Below are positions 1-5,647 of a stretch of DNA of 36,861 bases, piece by piece. Source of the stretch: a virus (Duplodnaviria; Caudoviricetes). The stretch spans positions 1 to 36,861 of the IMG/VR virus record IMGVR_UViG_3300021133_000014. One strand, written 5' to 3'. Position numbers and translations under genes: made by a program. Under the pieces are notes generated by a model. The model ran no database searches, had not been told where the DNA came from, and saw only the letters and a program-made list of their open reading frames with translations. The stretch's first letter is position 1. Each line of letters opens with the position of its first letter.

Positions 1-50
1 CCATTTCGGTCGGTAGCCCCGCGTTAGGGGAGAAGAAGACACAATTTAAT

Positions 51-128
51 GACATCTTAGACCAACCGGTAGGAGTCGTCTGTCTCAGAAACAGAAATGT
101 ATGGGTTCGAATCCCTTAGATGTTACCA
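51..128 (+). tRNA. tRNA-Leu(CAG), short variable loop
   Basis: Acceptor GACATCT/AGATGTT, A73, CCA; anticodon arm TCTGT-CTCAGAA-ACAGA; T loop TTCGAAT. Confidence 0.9.
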
Positions 129-136
129 AATTTTAT

Positions 137-213
137 GGTGGTATGATGCAATTGGAAGACATTTATTACTCAAAATAATGATTTTAAGAGTTCGACTCTC
201 TTTACCACTACCA
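137..213 (+). tRNA. tRNA-Leu(CAA), short variable loop
   Basis: GGTGGTA/TACCACT, A73, CCA; TATTA-CTCAAAA-TAATG; AAGAG-TTCGACT-CTCTT. Confidence 0.9.
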
Positions 214-215
214 AT

Positions 216-689
216 TTACTTTCGTTTATTTTTTCCACGGTAAGTATTAGTTAAAGCATGACAATTTGGACACAATAATGTAAGATTTTCAATTCTATTA
301 TCGGCTCGATTTCCGTTTATATGTTCTAATTCTAAAGGAATTGACCTATCCAGCCAATTAGTTAATTCACATCTATAACATTTCAACTCAAACACCTTTT
401 CTTTAATTAATTTATTTTTAAGACAATAAGTGTGAGTATATGATGAATTTTCTATTAAAATTTTATACAATGGAATGGAATTATCTCTTTCACGATTTTT
501 ATATCCCTGACGTTTTCGTTTTGTTAGTTCCCAATGGGAAGTGTCTATATTCCACGTTAATATTCTACGTTTCATTGTAGCATAATTTCCACCGGCTTTT
601 ATAATACCTAAAAGTTCTAATAAATGCCCCATACTTTCAGATTTTTTTACGCATTCCGAAAATTGTTCTTTTTCATATTTGTGTTTCAT
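216..689 (-). CDS. HNH homing endonuclease, antisense within the tRNA array
   Basis: CYRC...LELEHINGNRADNRIENLTLLCPNCH is an HNH motif; start moved to ATG 689 (MKHKYEK), just downstream of a TATTTAT motif. Confidence 0.88.
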   Translation of the reverse strand: MKHKYEKEQFSECVKKSESMGHLLELLGIIKAGGNYATMKRRILTWNIDTSHWELTKRKRQGYKNRERDNSIPLYKILIENSSYTHTYCLKNKLIKEKVFELKCYRCELTNWLDRSIPLELEHINGNRADNRIENLTLLCPNCHALTNTYRGKNKRK

Positions 690-752
690 ATAAAATAAAT
701 ATAAATGGAACAACTTAAAATGAACTTATATTTCAGTTCTGCTTATTTATAC

Positions 753-831
753 GTCTGTGTAGCCCAACTGGAAGCATGGCAACAAACTTAAAACTTGTAA
801 AGTGTGGGTTCGAATCCCTCCACAGACACCA
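753..831 (+). tRNA. tRNA-Leu(TAA), short variable loop
   Basis: GTCTGTG/CACAGAC, A73, CCA; loop CTTAAAA; T loop TTCGAAT. Confidence 0.88.
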
Positions 832-835
832 ATTT

Positions 836-1000
836 ATGAATACAAAAGAAAACCGAATCAAACAGGAGGAAGATTATATCGCCTTTCTTGAAAAACGTTT
901 GAATAGTGAAAACTATAAGAAGAATGTTAGTGGTGAAGAATACACTAAAACCGAACAAAAGTTAAAGAAAGCTCGGTTAGTATTAAAGATTTTAAGGTAA
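836..1000 (+). CDS. small hypothetical helical protein (MNTKENRIKQEE...)
   Basis: The ORF-track 5' part overlaps tRNA-Leu; ATG at 836 is 4 nt after the CCA. Confidence 0.6.
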   Translation: MNTKENRIKQEEDYIAFLEKRLNSENYKKNVSGEEYTKTEQKLKKARLVLKILR

Positions 1001-1009
1001 TTTGTACAT

Positions 1010-1109
1010 TGAGTGATGTTCAGAAAGTATTATCCTATGCAGGGGTATGTAGGGTAAGCCTTGTTCAGGCGACAATAGAACATGGGGTAAAAATCCTCAA
1101 ACTCCACCA
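1010..1109 (+). ncRNA. degenerate tRNA-like element ending CTCCACCA
   Basis: T-arm-like TGGGG-TAAAAAT-CCTCA, partial acceptor GAGT/ACTC, CCA end; inner stem ATGTTC/GAACAT encloses two hairpins; no recognisable D or anticodon arm. Confidence 0.4.
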
Positions 1110-1113
1110 TTTA

Positions 1114-1177
1114 AAGATATCAACCGCAATCAAAATAAAATCCGCCTAATACGCAGAACTAAAAAAGATGGTATCTT
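1114..1177 (+). ncRNA. candidate small RNA closed by AAGATATCA/TGGTATCTT
   Basis: 9-bp terminal stem, A-rich interior; same design as 6127-6316. Confidence 0.35.
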
Positions 1178-1186
1178 GTTTTTAAC

Positions 1187-1260
1187 GCATCCATAAGTCA
1201 ATGGTAAGCTGGCAGGCTTTTACCCTGTTAATCTCGGTTCGATTCCGGGTGGATGCACCA
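1187..1260 (+). tRNA. tRNA-Lys(TTT)
   Basis: GCATCCA/TGGATGC, A73, CCA; GCAGG-CTTTTAC-CCTGT; T loop TTCGATT. Confidence 0.92.
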
Positions 1261-1304
1261 ATTTATATAGTAAAATCATCTTTAACTTTATATTTATATG
1301 AGCG

Positions 1305-1700
1305 ATTAAGCTAAAAGACATACTAAATGAGACATTAGAATCCGATAAAAAACGGGCATATTCTTGGCAGATGCCAAATGGAACTTTTATTCCAATCAAA
1401 TACTCACACGGTTCAGATGCTCGTAATATATTATGGCAGGCCACAAAAAATAAAAACGATTTCAATGATGCCTCAGACCATATATTAGATTTATGGAAAC
1501 TCGGTTGGCAAAGAATCACAAATTCAAATTATCTTAAAGAATTGTGCACAAACAACTCTCTCCACAAACCGAATCAATTACAGAAAAGAGAATTGATAAA
1601 TTTGGCAATTGAATTAGAGTCTAATAAAGTAACATGGGATAACGATGAAGAAGATACCGTTATTTGGTCTTCTGACGATGTTATGGAAATTAAATCTTGA
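1305..1700 (+). CDS. hypothetical protein with N-terminal IKLKDILNE motif; start uncertain
   Basis: Frame is open from 1302 (AIKLKDILNETLE...); the ATG at 1298 is one base out of frame; first in-frame ATG is 1371. Confidence 0.6.
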   Translation: MKLKDILNETLESDKKRAYSWQMPNGTFIPIKYSHGSDARNILWQATKNKNDFNDASDHILDLWKLGWQRITNSNYLKELCTNNSLHKPNQLQKRELINLAIELESNKVTWDNDEEDTVIWSSDDVMEIKS

Positions 1701-1724
1701 CTTCTCAATTCGGTAATGTATAAT
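1697..1724 (+). promoter_or_regulatory. sigma70-like promoter TTGACT-N16-TATAAT
   Basis: Near-consensus boxes; ATG 1730 follows 5 nt after the -10 box (leaderless). Confidence 0.7.
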
Positions 1725-1729
1725 TTGGG

Positions 1730-2128
1730 ATGTTTAAGTCTAGTGGAATAATTCATTATGATAAATCCGATGGAGATAGAGTTACCGTAAGTGTGGAACA
1801 ATCCATTGGAGATTATTACTATTCTCTAATTCCTAAATATTACCGAGCATTAAAACCAAGATGGAATGCCCACGTAACCGTCGTAAGCCCAATAGACCCA
1901 ATTATTAATTGGGATAAATGGGGAAATAGAGAAGGCCAAGTTGCAAATTTCGTGTACGACTATAATATTTTATATGAAAAAAATTATTGGTGGTTCAATT
2001 TATGGTCAGTTGAAATGGAAGATATTCGTAAAGAATTAGGATTGTCTATAATAAGTAGAATAACAATTCCGCCATTAGGATATTTAAAATGTTTTCATTG
2101 TACTTTGGGTAAAGGATTTAATTTATGA
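1730..2128 (+). CDS. 2H phosphoesterase family protein (paralogue 1)
   Basis: Two HxT motifs, AHVTVV and FHCTLG; 132 aa. Confidence 0.65.
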   Translation: MFKSSGIIHYDKSDGDRVTVSVEQSIGDYYYSLIPKYYRALKPRWNAHVTVVSPIDPIINWDKWGNREGQVANFVYDYNILYEKNYWWFNLWSVEMEDIRKELGLSIISRITIPPLGYLKCFHCTLGKGFNL

Positions 2129-2694
2129 ATTATACTTGTCATAGTGGTGGTTGTCCCGGTGCTGATATGTTCTGGGAAAACGAAGGCGATAAATACGGTG
2201 TTAAAACCATCGCTTATTCTTTTTATGGTCATACGCAAAAAGGTAAGAATAGAAAGATTCTAGAAAGACCGGAATTAAATGAAGGATTTGAAGCAGTATT
2301 AAGAGCTAATAAAGTTCTAAAAAAATATCCACAAGGTCAACCAACCTATATAAAAAATTTATTATCTAGGAATTGGTTTCAAATCAAGAATTCAGATGCG
2401 GTTTTCGCTATAGCGAAAAAGTTTTTATCAAAATCGACTGTGGATGGAGGAACAGGATGGGCGGTTCAAATGGCAATTGACTGTGATAAACCTACGTTTG
2501 TATTTCTTCAAGACGATATGGGAGGTTCTTGGTTTCGATATATGCCAATTGTTGGATTTGAGTGTCTTTGGGGCGAAATTCCAAAGTTGACACAAAATTT
2601 TGCCGGTATCGGAACTAGAGAATTGCAAGAGAGTGGTAAAGATGCCATCAGAACAATTTTTAAAGTAAATTTCGGATGTCAATTAACGGGGTAG
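2125..2694 (+). CDS. SLOG/YpsA-like Rossmannoid nucleotide-binding protein
   Basis: HSGGCPGAD, GGTGWAV and FAGIGTRE motifs; ATGA overlap with the 2H gene; stop codon lies inside tRNA-Asp. Confidence 0.6.
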   Translation: MNYTCHSGGCPGADMFWENEGDKYGVKTIAYSFYGHTQKGKNRKILERPELNEGFEAVLRANKVLKKYPQGQPTYIKNLLSRNWFQIKNSDAVFAIAKKFLSKSTVDGGTGWAVQMAIDCDKPTFVFLQDDMGGSWFRYMPIVGFECLWGEIPKLTQNFAGIGTRELQESGKDAIRTIFKVNFGCQLTG

Positions 2695-2764
2695 TAACTC
2701 AATTGGTTAGAGTATTCGGCTGTCGCCCGAAAAGTTGCGAGTTCGAGTCTCGTCTATCTCGCCA
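2688..2764 (+). tRNA. tRNA-Asp(GTC)
   Basis: GGGGTAG/CTATCTC, G73, CCA; TTCGG-CTGTCGC-CCGAA; T loop TTCGAGT. Confidence 0.92.
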
Positions 2765-2775
2765 TTTTTAAACGC

Positions 2776-2803
2776 TTGACATATCCACAAGATGTGTTAT
2801 TAT
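2776..2803 (+). promoter_or_regulatory. sigma70-like promoter TTGACA-N16-TATTAT
   Basis: ATG 2809 follows 5 nt after the -10 box. Confidence 0.6.
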
Positions 2804-2808
2804 ATTTT

Positions 2809-3021
2809 ATGAAGAAATGTGAAAAGTGCGATATTGAGATGACAATCGTCGAACACGGCGACCCCAAAATTGGGGATATGGGCATTTCCGTCAGAACATC
2901 CCATTATAGATGTCCCACATGTAATAGATGGGATTATTGCCCTGATGCTGCTGCTAATTTTTTAGCGCAAACAATTGATAAATCTATTTTGGATAAATTA
3001 CTGAAAAATTATAATTTATGA
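2809..3021 (+). CDS. small zinc-ribbon protein
   Basis: CEKC...CPTC; the ORF-track TTG start is the -35 box, so the start was moved to ATG 2809. Confidence 0.65.
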   Translation: MKKCEKCDIEMTIVEHGDPKIGDMGISVRTSHYRCPTCNRWDYCPDAAANFLAQTIDKSILDKLLKNYNL

Positions 3022-3260
3022 TATGTGAAATTGTAAATTCCAAATTTGAAAACGACATATATAAAAATATAGTTTATATAAACGGAATGCCTGCGTTCAT
3101 CATCAGTGATGATGGTAGTAGTAAAGAGCCAATTACACCAAATGGAATGGTAATGTATGGGAATAATGAAGATAAAATTGATGGTTGGTTAAAAAATTTC
3201 CCCAACATAGAAAAGACATTCGAGTTTGTTGGTAAATATGACCACATTTATGAAAAATAA
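3018..3260 (+). CDS. hypothetical protein
   Basis: ATGA overlap with the upstream ORF. Confidence 0.6.
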   Translation: MICEIVNSKFENDIYKNIVYINGMPAFIISDDGSSKEPITPNGMVMYGNNEDKIDGWLKNFPNIEKTFEFVGKYDHIYEK

Positions 3261-3525
3261 ATGGCCTACTTTAGAAGGTAGATTAAATCAACCATTGACA
3301 ACAGAACGTCAAGCGTTGGAACAATTACAAACTATGATGCCTCTTTCAAAACGTGGATTAAAACGTCTATTGAAATGTATCAAACTAGATGAAAAGTTAC
3401 AAGCTACTCGTAAAAAAGTTCAAGCAACAGTTGACGCACAACCAAAGTCTGTGACATTTGAAGAAGCGAAGAAACAAATAGAAAGTAAGTATGAACAAAT
3501 ATCAAAAAAGACACCTATTCCGTGA
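3250..3525 (+). CDS. hypothetical basic protein
   Basis: ATG 3250 overlaps the end of the upstream ORF; tightly packed operon. Confidence 0.55.
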   Translation: MKNKWPTLEGRLNQPLTTERQALEQLQTMMPLSKRGLKRLLKCIKLDEKLQATRKKVQATVDAQPKSVTFEEAKKQIESKYEQISKKTPIP

Positions 3526-3802
3526 AGGTGTATTTGAAAGAGACGGTCGTAAATGTAGAATGTGCAATAATAAAGAAAAATTAGATGCACATCATATTAC
3601 AGACCGCCACGAAATGCCAAATGGTGGATATGTTCTAAATAATGGTATTTCCTTGTGTCCAGATTGTCATTGGAATGCCGAACATTTTCATATTACACAT
3701 GGTAAATGGAATACAGATGGGTTTCATCCAAATGATTTATATAAAAAAATAGGTTCATCATACGAGAAAGCTAGAAAAGACAGTGAAAATTTGCCCGTTT
3801 AG
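3491..3802 (+). CDS. small HNH endonuclease
   Basis: RDGRKCRMC...LDAHHI...NGISLCPDCH; stop codon lies inside tRNA-Thr. Confidence 0.85.
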   Translation: MNKYQKRHLFREGVFERDGRKCRMCNNKEKLDAHHITDRHEMPNGGYVLNNGISLCPDCHWNAEHFHITHGKWNTDGFHPNDLYKKIGSSYEKARKDSENLPV

Positions 3803-3866
3803 TATAATGGCATTACTCTTCCCTTGTAACGAAGAAACGTCAGTTCGATTCTGACACCGGGCTCCA
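3793..3866 (+). tRNA. tRNA-Thr(TGT)
   Basis: GCCCGTT/ACCGGGC (one mismatch), T73, CCA; loop CTTGTAA; GTCAG-TTCGATT-CTGAC. Confidence 0.88.
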
Positions 3867-3889
3867 ATTTGAAAGGTAATATTACAGAA

Positions 3890-4297
3890 ATGTTTTTAGG
3901 AAAAGGAAAAATTCATTACAACGATGAAAATGGATTTAGAGTAACGGTTGAAGTTGGTCAAGATTTATCGGATTATTATTCGTTAATACCGTTATATAGA
4001 AGACCATTTAAATCAAAGTGGCCGGCTCACATCACAGTCGTAAGACCTAAATTAGAAATTCCACCAAGAATACGATATTGGGATGACTATGAAGGCGAAG
4101 AAGTTGAGTTTATGTATGACTCATACGTTCTTGAAGGAAATGGATATTTCTTTTTAAATGTGTGGTGTAAGAGATTGGAATCAATTAGAGAAGAACTTGG
4201 TATGTCAATTTATAGTAAATATACATTACCACCATCGGGTCATATAAAATGTTTTCATATGACTATTGGAAAATACGAACAGATTTTTGATTGTTAA
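3890..4297 (+). CDS. 2H phosphoesterase family protein (paralogue 2)
   Basis: AHITVV and FHMTIG; colinear with 1730-2128 (RVTVxV, DYY-SLIP, IRxELG, PPxGxxKCFHxTxGK). Confidence 0.65.
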   Translation: MFLGKGKIHYNDENGFRVTVEVGQDLSDYYSLIPLYRRPFKSKWPAHITVVRPKLEIPPRIRYWDDYEGEEVEFMYDSYVLEGNGYFFLNVWCKRLESIREELGMSIYSKYTLPPSGHIKCFHMTIGKYEQIFDC

Positions 4298-4306
4298 CAA
4301 ATATGT

Positions 4307-4399
4307 AGTTTGGTGTCGGAGTGGTTTAACGTATTGGCCTTGATAGCCATGCCGAACCCTTGATTGGGTTGGTCGAAGGTTCGAATCCTTCTCAAATTG
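4307..4399 (+). tRNA. atypical tRNA-Ser(TGA) with no encoded CCA and an extended acceptor helix
   Basis: Loop CTTGATA, long variable arm, GAAGG-TTCGAAT-CCTTC, G73 followed by CATA; 4302-4313 can pair with 4392-4403. Confidence 0.65.
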
Positions 4400-4411
4400 C
4401 ATAATTTATTA

Positions 4412-4439
4412 TTGACTATTTCATAAATGATGATATAGT
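4412..4439 (+). promoter_or_regulatory. sigma70-like promoter TTGACT-N16-TATAGT
   Basis: Ends 8 nt upstream of ATG 4448. Confidence 0.6.
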
Positions 4440-4447
4440 TATTGTCA

Positions 4448-4555
4448 ATGGAAGAAGATGATTATTATGACGCCGAAGAAGAGGAACGTCGTCAACAAGA
4501 AGCCGAATCCTACGATGGATTATTAAATGCCTGGGAAATTACAGGCTTTGATTAA
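4448..4555 (+). CDS. 35-aa highly acidic peptide MEEDDYYDAEEEERRQQEAESYDGLLNAWEITGFD
   Basis: Hand translation; below the ORF-track cutoff; has its own promoter and fills the gap before tRNA-Ser. Confidence 0.55.
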   Translation: MEEDDYYDAEEEERRQQEAESYDGLLNAWEITGFD

Positions 4556-4564
4556 AGAATTTAT

Positions 4565-4657
4565 GGTTGGGTGGCCGAGTCCGGCTGATGGCGATAGTCT
4601 TGAAAACTATAGCGGCCTAAAAAACCGCCGGGGGTTCGAATCCCTCTCCAACCGCCA
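4565..4657 (+). tRNA. tRNA-Ser(TGA)
   Basis: GGTTGGG/TCCAACC, G73, CCA; ATAGT-CTTGAAA-ACTAT; long variable arm. Confidence 0.93.
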
Positions 4658-4715
4658 ATTTAATAGTTCGAATATTTTTATTCGTATTTATTCGAACTCG
4701 TTTATATGTATATTC

Positions 4716-5240
4716 ATGAAAAATGAAATACTTAAATTACGAAGTGAGGGAAAATCCTATAATGAAATAAAATCTATTCTTGGATGCTCTAAAGGAACCA
4801 TTGCTTATCATTGTGGCGATGGACAAAAAGACAAATGTAAATTACGTGTCAAAAATTATAAAAAAACTCTTACTGGAATTTTAAAAAGAAAAAAAGATAA
4901 TTTTAGTTTTGTTAATGGAAATAGGCATTGTTTACAAAAAAGAAAATCTTTGAATTTTTCATCTAATGAATTTAAAGACAAATTAATTAATACTCCAATC
5001 TGTTATTTAAGTGGTAGAAAAATAGATTTATTACAACCTAAAACATATCAATGTGACCATATAATACCTGTTTCAAAGGGCGGGGGATGTTCTTTTGATA
5101 ATTTAGGATTAACTTGTAAAGAAGCAAATTTTGCTAAAGGTGATATGATTTTAGAAGATTTTATACAACTTTGTAAAGAAATCTTAATATATCAAGGATT
5201 TAAAGTTGAGAAAAACCTTGACATTACTAAAGATATATAA
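4716..5240 (+). CDS. HNH homing endonuclease with N-terminal helix-turn-helix
   Basis: ILKLRSEGKSYNEIKSILGCSKGTIAYH (HTH); CYLSG...DHIIPVSKGG...NLGLTCKEANFAKG; ORF-track 5' extension overlaps tRNA-Ser. Confidence 0.85.
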   Translation: MKNEILKLRSEGKSYNEIKSILGCSKGTIAYHCGDGQKDKCKLRVKNYKKTLTGILKRKKDNFSFVNGNRHCLQKRKSLNFSSNEFKDKLINTPICYLSGRKIDLLQPKTYQCDHIIPVSKGGGCSFDNLGLTCKEANFAKGDMILEDFIQLCKEILIYQGFKVEKNLDITKDI

Positions 5241-5254
5241 TAGTTATTGATTAT

Positions 5255-5346
5255 GGTTCTGTGGGTGAGATGGATTAAACCAAGAGTTTGCTAAACTCTC
5301 GCAGCCTAAAAAACTGCCACCAGTTCGAATCTGGTCGGAACCGCCA
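5255..5346 (+). tRNA. tRNA-Ser(GCT)
   Basis: GGTTCTG/CGGAACC, G73, CCA; AGAGT-TTGCTAA-ACTCT; long variable arm. Confidence 0.93.
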
Positions 5347-5356
5347 AATTTTTAAT

Positions 5357-5433
5357 CGGAATGTAGCGTAATTGGTATCGCGCCTGGTTTGGGTCCAGGA
5401 GATTTCCGGGTTCGAGTCCCGGCATTCCGACCA
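5357..5433 (+). tRNA. tRNA-Pro(TGG)
   Basis: CGGAATG/CATTCCG, A73, CCA; CCTGG-TTTGGGT-CCAGG. Confidence 0.94.
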
Positions 5434-5441
5434 CATTTAAT

Positions 5442-5519
5442 GTGCGTGTGGCTCCAGCGGCAACGGCGTCTCATTTACACTGAGATTTATCACAGGTTCG
5501 AGTCCTGTCACGCATACCA
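5442..5519 (+). tRNA. tRNA-Val(TAC)
   Basis: GTGCGTG/CACGCAT, A73, CCA; TCTCA-TTTACAC-TGAGA. Confidence 0.92.
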
Positions 5520-5524
5520 TTTAC

Positions 5525-5602
5525 GGTGTCTTAGACCAACTGGCAGGAGTCGTTCGCCTGAGAAGTGAAAATGTATGAGTTCGAATCTCATAGACACCAC
5601 CA
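5525..5602 (+). tRNA. tRNA-Leu(GAG), short variable loop
   Basis: GGTGTCT/AGACACC, A73, CCA; TTCGC-CTGAGAA-GTGAA. Confidence 0.9.
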
Positions 5603-5614
5603 AAATTTCAACGC

Positions 5615-5642
5615 TTGACATTTAATAATTTAGATGTATATT
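5615..5642 (+). promoter_or_regulatory. sigma70-like promoter TTGACA-N16-TATATT for the RNase P RNA
   Basis: Perfect -35 box; predicted start (~5648-5649) coincides with the 5' end of helix P1. Confidence 0.7.
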
Positions 5643-5647
5643 ATTGA

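Noticed and set aside
8-45. GC-rich hairpin CCCC-GCGTTA-GGGG after a CCA at the window start
   Set aside because: Too short and cut off from upstream context; no riboswitch or ncRNA consensus recognised. Bases 1-3 are probably the end of a tRNA outside the window.
2692-3802. Stop-codon reassignment suggested by the rarity of TAG stops
   Set aside because: Long genes are intact in the standard code, TGA and TAA terminate genes normally, and no suppressor (CTA/TCA anticodon) tRNA is present in the window.
4527-4715. ORF-track N-terminal extension of the HNH gene; similar extensions at 776, 2776, 3869, 9687 and 20364, and the short ORF 6352..6534
   Set aside because: They overlap tRNAs, promoter boxes, a terminator or the upstream gene; downstream ATGs fit better, and 6352..6534 runs through tRNA-Ala.
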